Shown in pieces: positions 1-9,892 of a stretch of DNA of 64,000 bases (the stretch's first letter is position 1; every line of letters begins with the position of its first letter). The stretch covers positions 23,292 through 87,291 of the forward strand of contig JAJTYJ010000003.1 in the NCBI GenBank assembly GCA_021463485.1, read 5' to 3'. The stretch comes from a bacterium. GTDB lineage: Bacteria; Patescibacteriota; UBA1384; 2-12-FULL-50-11. A program made the translations under genes and the position numbers. The notes under the pieces were generated by a model. That model saw only the letters and a list, made by a program, of their open reading frames with translations, did no database searches and was not told the DNA's origin.

Positions 1-35
1 GATTATCCGGCTCGTGCGAATTCTGTAGGGCTTCC

Positions 36-66
36 GGGCGACACAACGTTGTGTCGCCCATTTTTT
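36..66 (+). terminator. Intrinsic terminator (24-bp perfect palindrome plus T tract)
   Basis: GGGCGACACAAC|GTTGTGTCGCCC followed by ATTTTTT. Confidence 0.75.
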
Positions 67-114
67 ATCTAATTTATGGAAAAAAACAGGTTTGTACTGT
101 AAAATTATCACGTT

Positions 115-188
115 GCGCCTGTAGCTCAGCGGATTAGAGTACTTGTCTTCGGAACAAGGGGTCGCAGGTTCGAATCCTGCCAGGCGCG
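115..188 (+). tRNA. tRNA-Arg(TCG)
   Basis: Acceptor GCGCCTG/CAGGCGC; anticodon arm CTTGT-CTTCGGA-ACAAG; T loop GGTTCGAATCC; no encoded CCA. Confidence 0.95.
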
Positions 189-244
189 CAGTAGAAAAAA
201 ACAATTAACTAAATTATGATCGACTCAGATCCAGGAGGATTTAC

Positions 245-871
245 ATGCCCCTTATTATAGGAGTTGAACACGATCGGATAATTCGACGTCTTGTGGAAAG
301 TGGAGTGATTTTATCGGGTCACTTTGAACTTCATTCCGGTCGTCATAGCGATCGGTACCTCGATAAGCGATTGTTCATGCAAGAGCTAGTTGAGGAATAC
401 GACCAGTTTTGTGCGTTAATTGCTGATCGAATCGTTACTGAGGGTTACAGCGCGATTATAGCCCCGGAAGCGGCTGGGATGATGGTGGCGGAACGGGTTC
501 TTGGACATATTCGATCACGCAGTTACAAAGTTGGTTACGCACCGGCGTATAAAACTGACAACGGTTTTGTGATCGAATCTAACTACAAGCGAGAGATCGC
601 CGGACGGTGTGTCGCTGTTATCGAGGACGTAATTACGACTGGCGACACAGCGGTAAAAGCTGCTCAGCTTGCCCGTTCGATGGGCGCTAGCGTCAACTCT
701 GTTTACTGTTTGTTCGAGCGCGGAACTCACCGACGGATCGGTGGCATACCGATTCATCCCGTGGTCAACGTAGAGCTGTCAGACTGGACACCGCCGTGTC
801 GACTCTGCGAGCAGGGAATCCCGCTTTCACCGAAGCCAATGGGCGGCTCGCAACTTGCCCTTAGCGACTAA
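245..871 (+). CDS. pyrE: Orotate phosphoribosyltransferase-like (type I PRTase)
   Basis: GHFELHSGRHSDRYLDK; PRPP loop VIEDVITTG; C-terminal CRLC..GIP; SD AGGAGG. Confidence 0.75.
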   Translation: MPLIIGVEHDRIIRRLVESGVILSGHFELHSGRHSDRYLDKRLFMQELVEEYDQFCALIADRIVTEGYSAIIAPEAAGMMVAERVLGHIRSRSYKVGYAPAYKTDNGFVIESNYKREIAGRCVAVIEDVITTGDTAVKAAQLARSMGASVNSVYCLFERGTHRRIGGIPIHPVVNVELSDWTPPCRLCEQGIPLSPKPMGGSQLALSD

Positions 872-895
872 CCCGCCGTTGGCGGGTACTTTTTT
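871..895 (+). terminator. Intrinsic terminator
   Basis: ACCCGCC-GTT-GGCGGGT followed by a T tract. Confidence 0.8.
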
Positions 896-961
896 ACTTG
901 CTTCTAGTATCTGGCTGTGTTTCTATTGGGTTCGAACCGATTCGTCGGTTGTGGAGGGAAA

Positions 962-1990
962 ATGTCTGTTATCGAGTTTGATCGCGAGCGAGCGATAGTT
1001 ATCTTTCGCGATCTTGCCGCTCGGTGGCAGAATCGCGAAGCGCCCTTTAATACCGAAAAGTTTATCTCACCAGAACGGAAGTACCACCCCAAAGGAGTGA
1101 CAGTGGGCTCAATCGAGCACGCTCAGTTCCTGTTCTTTAGCGGCTGGCTCAATAGAAACGGCAAAACTGCTACCGAGCTGTTTCGTGATGCTCGGAACAT
1201 CGCAGAGCAGTCACCGTGGATTATTGATCCGCGCGACTCGCGAAGCTTAGAGCGTGAGCGGTTTGACCTTCTAGAGAGGGTAATACCGTTCGCTAGCCAC
1301 GAGAAGTACACCGCACGAGTTGACTGGTGGTACCGAGACTGTATGGGGCTGTTACGAGATTTCTACGAGAGTGATCCGAGGAACATCTTTGTAACGGCAG
1401 AACTTTCTGGCGACTGGCGGGCTGATCGAGATTTGCTGCTGAAGCGGCTAATGTCGTTTTTTGGCACCGGACCAAAGATCGCCCAGCTAATTATGCTCTT
1501 CTTCCAGGAAGTTGATTGGCTGGACAATCACCAACATCGTTGGGAAGCAGTTCGTCGAGTACCGTCGATTGCGGCCGACATGTGGGTGATGAGACTCATG
1601 CGTCAACTAAATATCGTAGTAAGCTGGGAATCGGACATATCGACAAAGATTAGTTCTGAAATCTCAGATTTTATCTGCGAGATTTGTTTTGACGAGAGCA
1701 TCCCACACACTCACCTCATTCAAGCGCTCTGGCATACCGGTGCCGTGATTTGCGGTCGGATGCGACCAAAAGACCAGACGGTTGCTCGACCGTTCTGTCA
1801 TAACATTTGTCCAGTTGGAAAGAGCTGTGTAGGGATCGTTCCGGCCAATTACGTAAGTAACGGCAGGCTCTCGCTCTACGCTACGAAAAATGGCAAGCAA
1901 CGTACCACACAGCGGCTGGCAAGTCTTCGCTACGACGAGATAAGACCGCATCCGTTAACGTTCGACGACCTCTGGCATGACCCAGAATAA
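962..1990 (+). CDS. Divergent HhH-GPD / endonuclease III-like DNA glycosylase with putative 4Fe-4S cluster
   Basis: HhH FFGTGPKIA; Asp motif IAADMWV; C-terminal LWHTGAVIC...C-x3-CP-x4-C; start moved to ATG 962 (SD GGAGG). Confidence 0.65.
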   Translation: MSVIEFDRERAIVIFRDLAARWQNREAPFNTEKFISPERKYHPKGVTVGSIEHAQFLFFSGWLNRNGKTATELFRDARNIAEQSPWIIDPRDSRSLERERFDLLERVIPFASHEKYTARVDWWYRDCMGLLRDFYESDPRNIFVTAELSGDWRADRDLLLKRLMSFFGTGPKIAQLIMLFFQEVDWLDNHQHRWEAVRRVPSIAADMWVMRLMRQLNIVVSWESDISTKISSEISDFICEICFDESIPHTHLIQALWHTGAVICGRMRPKDQTVARPFCHNICPVGKSCVGIVPANYVSNGRLSLYATKNGKQRTTQRLASLRYDEIRPHPLTFDDLWHDPE

Positions 1991-2015
1991 GCCGGCCACA
2001 AGCCGGCTATTTTTT
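1990..2015 (+). terminator. Intrinsic terminator
   Basis: AGCCGGC-CACAA-GCCGGCT followed by a T tract. Confidence 0.75.
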
Positions 2016-2089
2016 ATTTGACACGCAATTTTTTTGACTGTACGACGAGTATAGGGGATCGTCAGTTCTTTAACCTACAGGAGGGTAAT

Positions 2090-3325
2090 TTGTCAGATTC
2101 TACAGCTATCGTTCGCGGAGAACCGGGGTTTGTCGACCCCTTCAACGTCTGTGTTTTCCGCCAAGTCCGCGATGGCGAGGAATCACACTACCAGGGGATC
2201 ACGGAGCTTGCAGAGAGTATAGCCGGGAACCATTTGCTGACTCCCCTCACAATTTGTGTTTGGGACGAAGCTACAACCGAACAGTACGCGCAACTGATTA
2301 AGCAGATATTCAACGGCGACGGGGGCTTCGTTTTTGAAGCGAAACAACCGTACGCCGACGGAAAGAATCGAGTCTTAGTTGCCGGCCACCGTCGGCGACA
2401 AGCGCTCCATCGATTGCGGTTTGAGGGTAGCGATGTCTATCGACAGAACTTTCCCGAGCAATCGAGCGAGGAATGCTTCCTTGATCAGTTCAAAGGAGAT
2501 CGGAATCATCCGTTGCCCGGCTTTGTGCCGGCGATGATCTACACCGATATTCCAGCCGAGCGAGGCGTGAGTCTCCAGCTCGAAGAGAACATCAACCGTC
2601 GCAATATCTCATCGCCCACTCAAGCAAAAGCGATTAAAGGTCTCTACGATCTAAAAGCGCTGCAGCAAGGGGATGCGAGTCTCAGTATGGCTGAGTTTGC
2701 ACGGCAGAGTCAGATAAGTCTCAACGTCGTTCGCGACGCGCTTCGCTTCTGCGAACTGCCGAAATCTATCCGCTATGCGGTAGAAAACGGCGCGTTCAAA
2801 TGGAGTTGCGCGCTTGAGCTGACGGTGATTCACCGGATGTTACGCGAGCGACCGAAACCAGACGGCACCATGCGTGATGCGAAGGAAATCGAGTACACGC
2901 TACTCTCGCTCTCAGCGAGTGAAGCGGCCTCGAAAAATCTCCAAGCGTTTCGCAAGTACTTACAGACTTGGGTTACCGAAGTGCTTGGACAGCTGGTAAT
3001 GTTCGAGGAACTCGCGCTAACTCCTCAACAGATCGCCACCCAACTCTTGGGCGACGAGATGGTTCGAGGGAGCGCTGAGCACACGATCTTTTTGCAGCGC
3101 GTCACGTACGCGCTCAGAAACGGCTGGATCAAGGATGGTAAACTGGTGCCGCTTCATCGTCACGAAGCGAGAAAAGCGATCGCAGCGATACTCGCCGAAC
3201 AGCGAGCGTTGCTGCCGATGCTGCAGCTCGTGCTCGATCAAGCAACTGCCGAGGAACTGGAAAACCTTTGCACTGACAGTCAGAAAGCGCTGGACGCGGT
3301 TTCTGCTTTAGCCGTCAATTCCTAA
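2090..3325 (+). CDS. Divergent ParB/RepB/Spo0J-family protein
   Basis: ELAESI..LLTPL, VAGHRR (GxxR box), EENINR, HTH-like AEFARQSQISLNVVRDALR; likely TTG start at 2090 after SD AGGAGG; TTGACA-17-TACGAC at 2018-2046. Confidence 0.7.
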   Translation: MSDSTAIVRGEPGFVDPFNVCVFRQVRDGEESHYQGITELAESIAGNHLLTPLTICVWDEATTEQYAQLIKQIFNGDGGFVFEAKQPYADGKNRVLVAGHRRRQALHRLRFEGSDVYRQNFPEQSSEECFLDQFKGDRNHPLPGFVPAMIYTDIPAERGVSLQLEENINRRNISSPTQAKAIKGLYDLKALQQGDASLSMAEFARQSQISLNVVRDALRFCELPKSIRYAVENGAFKWSCALELTVIHRMLRERPKPDGTMRDAKEIEYTLLSLSASEAASKNLQAFRKYLQTWVTEVLGQLVMFEELALTPQQIATQLLGDEMVRGSAEHTIFLQRVTYALRNGWIKDGKLVPLHRHEARKAIAAILAEQRALLPMLQLVLDQATAEELENLCTDSQKALDAVSALAVNS

Positions 3326-3359
3326 CCCGTTTCTCCGTTCGGAGAGCGGGTATTTTTTT
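3325..3359 (+). terminator. Intrinsic terminator
   Basis: ACCCGTTTCTCC...GGAGAGCGGGT followed by a T tract. Confidence 0.8.
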
Positions 3360-3381
3360 ACTTCTCTGGTATTATGCAACT

Positions 3382-3666
3382 ATGGATCAGCAGGAAAAAG
3401 ACAGGATTTTAGATCGCCTTGTTAACTCAATCGAAAAAGCTTACCATCGCCCTGGTCGCTTGATGTGGCGAGGTTTTCTTATTGGGCTAGCTTCAGGTAT
3501 CGGCGGGACGCTCGGAATTGCGCTCGTTATAATAATGCTAACATTGCTCGTTGGGAAGCTCGGCGGAATACCGGTTATAGGCGAGGCTCTAAGGGATTTA
3601 CTTGATATTATTAATCGAGGGGCGGATACGCAGTCGTTTATCCAGTACGTACGACTACTCGTTTAA
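3382..3666 (+). CDS. Small membrane protein (DUF5665-like)
   Basis: WRGFLIGLASGIGGTLG...IPVIG pattern. Confidence 0.6.
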   Translation: MDQQEKDRILDRLVNSIEKAYHRPGRLMWRGFLIGLASGIGGTLGIALVIIMLTLLVGKLGGIPVIGEALRDLLDIINRGADTQSFIQYVRLLV

Positions 3667-4283
3667 TGGCAGACTGGATTATTGATTTTATTTCTACTGG
3701 AGGTTATCCGGCGATCGCGGCGTTGATGCTGCTTGAGACAATCTTTCCGCCGATTCCGTCGGAACTAGTGGTACCATTTGCTGGATTTGCAGCCGCCCAA
3801 GGACGTCTCGATATCTGGCTGGTTGTGATCTCAGCCTTTGTTGGCTCTGTCTCAGGAGCGTTAGTGTTGTACTGGGTTGGAAAACTAATTAAAGACGAGA
3901 AACTAGAGCAATTCGTTCAAAAACACGGACGTTGGCTAACGTTAGATGTCGATGACTTACGAAAGTCTCGTCGATGGTTTGATCGTTATAGTCGAACTGC
4001 GGTGCTGTTTGGGAGACTCATTCCGGCAATTCGATCTCTTATTTCGATACCAGCTGGCATTACTAAAATGAGTATAGTGTCTTTCTTTATATTCTCGGCG
4101 ATCGGTACCGCTGTCTGGTCGTCGGTGCTGGCTTGGACCGGGTACCTACTTGGACAAGATTACGAACGAATTCGCCACATCATCGACCCAGTAACGTCGA
4201 TCATTGTCCTATTAGTTGTTGTAATCTATTTGTATCGACTAATTTTTCCTAGGCGTAAATCTGGATCAGCTGTAACAGATTAG
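3666..4283 (+). CDS. dedA: DedA family membrane protein
   Basis: LETIFPPIPSE, GRLIPAIRSLISIPAG. Confidence 0.9.
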   Translation: MADWIIDFISTGGYPAIAALMLLETIFPPIPSELVVPFAGFAAAQGRLDIWLVVISAFVGSVSGALVLYWVGKLIKDEKLEQFVQKHGRWLTLDVDDLRKSRRWFDRYSRTAVLFGRLIPAIRSLISIPAGITKMSIVSFFIFSAIGTAVWSSVLAWTGYLLGQDYERIRHIIDPVTSIIVLLVVVIYLYRLIFPRRKSGSAVTD

Positions 4284-4307
4284 GTATAATTTTATTTGCT
4301 AGATATT

Positions 4308-4382
4308 GGGGCATTAGTTCAGTGGCAGAACAACGGACTCTTAATCCGTGTGTCAGTGGTTCGAATCCACTATGCCCCACCA
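4308..4382 (+). tRNA. tRNA-Lys(CTT)
   Basis: GGGGCAT/ATGCCCC acceptor; CGGA-CTCTTAA-TCCG; encoded CCA. Confidence 0.95.
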
Positions 4383-4483
4383 TTAAATACTGTTAATAAC
4401 CGTTGATATACTACTAATGGCGGAGTATAATTTGCTCCACTCCTGGTTAGACCAGGCGTAGATTACATACAGGAGGTTAACAT

Positions 4484-5416
4484 GTGGTGGAAAAACTCCC
4501 TAGAATCGTAGTTGAGAAGCAAGGGTCGCATTCCGAGAACCCGCCGAAGGGTATCGAAATTCCGATCCGTGATGCGTTAGCGCGTCACGGCTTCACGGAA
4601 GGTAGTTGGTGTATGAAAGTTCGCATGGTGCACGCTCGTGGCGAAAGCCATAGCTATCGCGGTGCACACTTCAAAAGCCTTCGGAATTACGCTCGTAACG
4701 TCATCGACGTTGTGTCTCAGCCGGGCGCCGCTCATACGGCTTTCCCAGCAGACTTGATTGTCCCGGAGTGTTACGACGCAACTCACGTTCTCAACACGGT
4801 TCGACAGATCAACACCCTTGATCCGAACAAAGACGAGGACCTGGAGATGCTCAAGAAAGCATCGCAGTTCGACGTCGGCGCTTCTGCTAAGAGGCGCAGC
4901 AACGAACCTATCGCGTCAGTCCGTCGAAGCAACGAAGCGCGACAACAACGGATCGCCAAGTTCCTCGATAAGCCAAAAAACATCGACGCAGTCGGAGTAG
5001 TGATCCAGCGAGAATCTCTCAACGGTTCCGTTCCGATCAGCGTCCTGGATAAGGCGATCCGGGAAACGCTGCCATTTCAAATCTCAAGAGATGAGTTAGC
5101 GAGTACGCGAGCGATCTTCGTCTTAAACGAGGATCTTCTGCAGCCAGGTGATGGCGTGTACCACCTCTCCGAACGCGGCCAACTCTGGATCGAGAGCTTA
5201 CGTCAGCGTGAGCGCGACAACGAAGCGTTAGCGCAGCAAATGCAGCAGCAGCTTCTTTGGCGGCAGCTTGAGAAATGCGAACGCAGCCTTCGACAGTTCG
5301 ACGAACGGGTCGAGGCCGAGCGATCGTCGAGGCTTGAGACCATTCAACGACTCAAATCACAACTCGGGATTTCCGAGCAAGGAAGTGACGAACATGTATT
5401 GGTGTTGATGAGCTAA
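4484..5416 (+). CDS. Hypothetical protein with C-terminal coiled coil
   Basis: 310-aa ORF; SD AGGAGGT; hairpin GCCCCAG..CTGGGGC after the stop. Confidence 0.6.
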   Translation: MVEKLPRIVVEKQGSHSENPPKGIEIPIRDALARHGFTEGSWCMKVRMVHARGESHSYRGAHFKSLRNYARNVIDVVSQPGAAHTAFPADLIVPECYDATHVLNTVRQINTLDPNKDEDLEMLKKASQFDVGASAKRRSNEPIASVRRSNEARQQRIAKFLDKPKNIDAVGVVIQRESLNGSVPISVLDKAIRETLPFQISRDELASTRAIFVLNEDLLQPGDGVYHLSERGQLWIESLRQRERDNEALAQQMQQQLLWRQLEKCERSLRQFDERVEAERSSRLETIQRLKSQLGISEQGSDEHVLVLMS

Positions 5417-5429
5417 CACAATGCCCCAG

Positions 5430-6110
5430 CTAGTCTGGGGCGTTTATTTTAATGTATTTACCTGGCTCGATATCGCCAAGCTCAAAGCGACCCAGTCGAG
5501 TGCGCGTTAGCTGTAACACTTCAATTCCGACAGCGGCACAAACACGGCGGACGATATGATTTCGGCCATCATGAATAGTAATAAGAAAATCAATTTTGTT
5601 TTGACGAATTTTACGCAACTCTAAATTATCGATCGTCACTGCACCGTCTTTCAGCTTTATCGGCTGGCGTAGCTTTTCCCAGGCTAGTTCGGGGTTTTTT
5701 GCCGATCCGACAACGTGATACTCTTTTTTATGCTCAAACTTCGGATGAGTAAGTTGATAACACAAATTACCGTCGTTTGTGAGCACTACCAACCCCATCG
5801 TTTCGGCGTCTAGTCGACCGCACGGGAAGACACGGGGGATGCTCGGCACGAGACTCGTAACGGTCGGTCGATTCTGAGGATCATTAGCGGTCGTTATCAC
5901 CCCTTTTGGTTTATTAAGTAGATATACCACCGGCTGATCACTGAGTGTGAGTAACTTATTGTTAAGTGTGACGTTGTCGTTTTCATTAATTTCGGTTGCA
6001 AGATTAGTGCAAACCGCTCCGTTTATTTTTACCTGCCCGCTAATAATAAGCTCATCTGCTTTTCGGCGAGAAAACTCGGTGGTACTGGCGATAAATTTAT
6101 TAATTCTCAT
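5430..6110 (-). CDS. rluB: rRNA pseudouridine synthase (RluB/RsuA family)
   Basis: S4 domain MRINKFIA..SRRKAD; GRLD; GRNHIVRR; start set at MRINK. Confidence 0.85.
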   Translation of the reverse strand: MRINKFIASTTEFSRRKADELIISGQVKINGAVCTNLATEINENDNVTLNNKLLTLSDQPVVYLLNKPKGVITTANDPQNRPTVTSLVPSIPRVFPCGRLDAETMGLVVLTNDGNLCYQLTHPKFEHKKEYHVVGSAKNPELAWEKLRQPIKLKDGAVTIDNLELRKIRQNKIDFLITIHDGRNHIVRRVCAAVGIEVLQLTRTRLGRFELGDIEPGKYIKINAPD

Positions 6111-6195
6111 TACGCTCGAATTATTGTTATTGTTCTCCAAATACACTACAACTGAAACATATGATTTTACAAATAGCTAAGGTTGAGGAGGAAAA

Positions 6196-6828
6196 ATGAG
6201 CGGAGAAGGAAAGTTCTTTGGAATTGTGGCAATCGTTGCCATTGTAATAGTTGGCTTAGTCGTTATCTTTTCACGAGGCGGCGAAAAAGTAGTTGACGTC
6301 TCGGGCGGTGAAGCCTACAAAATTGGTCCAGACGACGCCAAAGTAAAGATTATCGCATTCGAAGATTTTCAATGTCCGGCTTGCAAAGCTGCTGAGCCAG
6401 CGCTTCGTCAAATGGTCAAGGATTATCCGACAACCGTTCAGTTTGTGTTTCGTCATTTCCCGCTTCCGATCCACCCCAACGCCGAGGAAGCAGCACTCGC
6501 CGCTGAGGCGGCTGGGGTTCAGGGTAAATTTTGGGAGATGAAAGAGTTGATCTACGATACTCAGGAAAACTGGTCAACGATGTCTAACCCCGACAACTAT
6601 TTCGGTGATTTAGCAAAAGAGCTCGGGCTAGATCTCGACAAATTTAAGGATAGTTACCGTTCAGATAGTTTAAAGCAAAAAATTAAAGCTGATATTAACG
6701 CCGCTGGAGCGGCGCAAGTTAACCAGACCCCAACATTTTTTGTTAATGGGAAGAGGGTAACCGGTGCGCAATCGCTAGATGACTGGAAGAAGTTAATCGA
6801 CGAAGCGTCGAGTACGCCTACAGAGTAA
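6196..6828 (+). CDS. DsbA-family thiol-disulfide oxidoreductase
   Basis: N-terminal TM; DFQCPAC; RHFPL; TPTFFVNG. Confidence 0.9.
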   Translation: MSGEGKFFGIVAIVAIVIVGLVVIFSRGGEKVVDVSGGEAYKIGPDDAKVKIIAFEDFQCPACKAAEPALRQMVKDYPTTVQFVFRHFPLPIHPNAEEAALAAEAAGVQGKFWEMKELIYDTQENWSTMSNPDNYFGDLAKELGLDLDKFKDSYRSDSLKQKIKADINAAGAAQVNQTPTFFVNGKRVTGAQSLDDWKKLIDEASSTPTE

Positions 6829-6834
6829 ATCGGT

Positions 6835-7608
6835 ATGCAGCTTGAGTCGAAGCAGCTTTTGCTGTCTAAAAATAACGAGCTCGAGCAGCTGCGATCGAAC
6901 TGGAAAAGTCCTCCTGGGATAGCGTTAATCTGGGTTGGTGACGATCAGCAAACTGCTGCGTTTGTTCGGGTTAAACAACGAAAAGCTAAAGAGCTTTCTT
7001 GTGTATTTATGCTTCATCGCTTCCCAACCATAACCGATCGTCAGCTAAGTGCTGTAATAAACAGTTTGAACGCACGTAAAGATATACACGGTATCGTACT
7101 ACAGCTACCACTGCCAAAGAATGTCGACACCGATCGGGCAATTATGGAAATCGCTTCCCAAAAAGACATCGATGGCTTGCGCAGCGATAGTCGACTAACG
7201 GCGCCAACCGCTCAAGGAATTGTAGAGTTGTTAAAGAATAACAATGTAGATTTGCGGAACTTGAAGACCGTAATATTAGGTGACGGTCGCTTGGTTGGGC
7301 ATCCACTTGCAGAGATTTTCAAGGAAAAGAATTGGGACTTTACTCAATACTCAACTGATGCCAAGCGACACAGTGCTGAAATCCGGTCGCACGACGTGCT
7401 AATTTCTGCAACGGGACAGAATGGGTTGGTAAGTGCGGAGATGGTTCATAAAGATATGGTGGTAGTTGATGGCTCGGGAGTTGACGTTGATATTGAAGTA
7501 ATTGAACCACTTGTCGCTTCAATTACGCCGAAAAAGGGCGCGATCGGCCCCTTAACGGTTTGTAATTTGTTCGAAAATTTACTTACTTCTTCGTCGCACG
7601 AGGCTTGA
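6835..7608 (+). CDS. folD: Methylene-THF dehydrogenase/cyclohydrolase (divergent)
   Basis: IHGIVLQLPLP, KDIDG, GAIGPLTV. Confidence 0.85.
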   Translation: MQLESKQLLLSKNNELEQLRSNWKSPPGIALIWVGDDQQTAAFVRVKQRKAKELSCVFMLHRFPTITDRQLSAVINSLNARKDIHGIVLQLPLPKNVDTDRAIMEIASQKDIDGLRSDSRLTAPTAQGIVELLKNNNVDLRNLKTVILGDGRLVGHPLAEIFKEKNWDFTQYSTDAKRHSAEIRSHDVLISATGQNGLVSAEMVHKDMVVVDGSGVDVDIEVIEPLVASITPKKGAIGPLTVCNLFENLLTSSSHEA

Positions 7609-8047
7609 TGACGTTTTCAACTAAACAGGAGGAGTAAGTAACAGTTGCTGTCGAAATCCCAGTTGTCATACATGTATCAACAGCAACTTTCTCAGCAGCG
7701 GTAATCGTACCAAGATCAAAGTTAATTTTGGTAGGATACCTTAAACCCGGAAAACCTTGCTGCCCTATCCAACTACCAATCGTATCGGTATCGAGAATTA
7801 TTGTCGTCGGGATACTTATTGATTTGGCCTTACTGTATAGGTCTGTCTCTTTCCACCCGATACTAACGATACCATTTAGATCGTTTTCGGTACTAACGCC
7901 GGTACTGGTATTAGGTTGTACGGCTGCTGGTAGCATATATGCCTCTAAATTTAAAAGCTGTGCCAGCGAACCTCGAAAGCCAAAACCTACTAATACGCCG
8001 ATCAACAATCCGACTAAACCGATTACAATTACTCTTGGTGTGTTCAT
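7583..8047 (-). CDS. Hypothetical membrane-anchored protein
   Basis: N-terminal TM helix; SD AAGGAGG. Confidence 0.6.
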   Translation of the reverse strand: MNTPRVIVIGLVGLLIGVLVGFGFRGSLAQLLNLEAYMLPAAVQPNTSTGVSTENDLNGIVSIGWKETDLYSKAKSISIPTTIILDTDTIGSWIGQQGFPGLRYPTKINFDLGTITAAEKVAVDTCMTTGISTATVTYSSCLVENVIKPRATKK

Positions 8048-8075
8048 ATCCCTCCTTATGTATTATTACTTCTAT

Positions 8076-9818
8076 CTAACTGAGTAACGAGAACTCTGTC
8101 AAATACGATACAAGCTTCTTAATATCAACAGTTTTTTGTTCTTGAGTTGAGCGGATTCTTAGGGTAACTTTCTTTTCGGCAAGCTCTTTTTCGCCAATTA
8201 CCGCAATTACCGGCACTTTTTCCAGCTCGGCTGTCCGGATTTTTTTACCTAGTGTTTCTTCAGTAATATCCAACTCTGCTCGGAATTGCTTCGTTATTTC
8301 GTCAAATACCTCTTTGCTAAATGCGGCTGCTTTCTCGGAGACACTCAAGATTTTTATCTGGGTTGGTGCAACCCAAAACGGAAAGTCGCCAGCGTAATGT
8401 TCGATAAGCACGGAGATAAAACGCTCCAACGAACCCATGACAGCAACATGAATCATAACTGCGCGCTCTTTTTCTCCCTGTTCGTTAATGCAGTACAGAT
8501 CAAATCGCTCCGGCATATTGAAATCGAGTTGTATTGTCGCGACTTGCCATTGGCGACCGATCGAGTCTTTCGCCATAAAATCAACCTTCGGACCGTAGAA
8601 CGCTGCTTCGCCCTCTTGTTCTATTACCGCTACTTTTCGTGATTTGGCTATCGAGCGCAGCGTCTGCTCGGCTTGCTGCCACTGCTCCGGTTTACCAAGG
8701 TATTTCTCCGGTTCTTTCGGGTCGCTTAAGCTCAACCTAACCTCTAGCTTAAAGCCGAATTTTTTGTAAAACGTGTCGACGATATCCCAAGTATCTTTAA
8801 CTTCTTTTTCGATCTGGCTTGGGCGGCAGAAAATGTGCGCGTCGTCTTGAGTAAAGCCACGAACCCTAGAAAGCCCCGCTAACTCGCCTGACTGTTCGTC
8901 GCGATAAACCATTGTCGTATTCGAGTAACGCTGCGGCATATCGCGGTAGCTTCGTTGTTCTGAAGCAAAGATTTGAGTATGGTGCGGGCAGTTCATCGGC
9001 TTCATCGCAAATTCGTGACCCTCACGAGTTTTAACTAAGAACAGCTCGTCTTTAAATTTCTCCCAATGGCCGGAAGTAATGTATAAATCTTTTTTAGTAA
9101 TGTGAGGAATCTCAACTTTTTGATACCCCTTTTCTTTACGTAACTCCCAAACAGCGTCGTCGAGAACATTACGCAAGACGGTGCCCTTCGGCTTCCAAAG
9201 CGGCAACCCGCTGCCGACTAACTCGGAAAAGGTGAATAGTCCGAGTTTCGGACCGAGTACCTTATGATCGCGGCGCTTGGCCTCGGATAGCTGCTCAAGA
9301 TATTCTTTTAGTTGTTTTTCACTTTCGAACGCAGTGCCGTAAATACGAGTTAGCATCGGTTGGTGCTCGTCGCCGCGCCAGTATGCACCGGCCGTAGAAA
9401 GGAGTTTAAGCGCTTTAATTTCGTTAGTAGATTTTACGTGCGGTCCTTTACATAGATCCCAAAAACTATCTATGCCATAGAAACTCAACTCTGTGTCCTC
9501 AAGATTTTCGGCAAGCTCGAGCTTATAAGGCTGTTGGTCTTTTCGATACTGTTTTTCGGCTTCAGATTTCTTTAGTGTTTTACGAACTACAGGAAAATTT
9601 TTGTTAATAATTTTCCACATGCTTTTTTCCAACACTGAGAGATCCTTTTCAGTAAGAGTTTTAGAAAGCTGGAAGTCGTAGTAAAACCCGTTTTCGATCG
9701 GCGGACCGATCGCCAGTTTTGCGTCTGGATCCCACTCTAATACAGCCATCGCCAAAACGTGGGCAGCGGTGTGGCGAATTTTGTATAGATTTGACTCTTC
9801 GTATGAGGCGTTATTCAT
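8076..9818 (-). CDS. thrS: Threonine--tRNA ligase
   Basis: RHTAAHV, DLCKGPH, KPMNCP, GEAAFYGPK; no N-terminal TGS domain. Confidence 0.97.
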   Translation of the reverse strand: MNNASYEESNLYKIRHTAAHVLAMAVLEWDPDAKLAIGPPIENGFYYDFQLSKTLTEKDLSVLEKSMWKIINKNFPVVRKTLKKSEAEKQYRKDQQPYKLELAENLEDTELSFYGIDSFWDLCKGPHVKSTNEIKALKLLSTAGAYWRGDEHQPMLTRIYGTAFESEKQLKEYLEQLSEAKRRDHKVLGPKLGLFTFSELVGSGLPLWKPKGTVLRNVLDDAVWELRKEKGYQKVEIPHITKKDLYITSGHWEKFKDELFLVKTREGHEFAMKPMNCPHHTQIFASEQRSYRDMPQRYSNTTMVYRDEQSGELAGLSRVRGFTQDDAHIFCRPSQIEKEVKDTWDIVDTFYKKFGFKLEVRLSLSDPKEPEKYLGKPEQWQQAEQTLRSIAKSRKVAVIEQEGEAAFYGPKVDFMAKDSIGRQWQVATIQLDFNMPERFDLYCINEQGEKERAVMIHVAVMGSLERFISVLIEHYAGDFPFWVAPTQIKILSVSEKAAAFSKEVFDEITKQFRAELDITEETLGKKIRTAELEKVPVIAVIGEKELAEKKVTLRIRSTQEQKTVDIKKLVSYLTEFSLLS

Positions 9819-9892
9819 CTCAACTATTGTAGGCTATATACCAACCTGAAAAAAGGTTTGCGATATAGGGTGGTTTTGTTACTGTTAATTAA

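Noticed and set aside
871-3359. Integron attC sites between the orphan genes
   Set aside because: The hairpins are short GC stems with T tracts and lack RYYYAAC/GTTRRRY ends; no intI is present.
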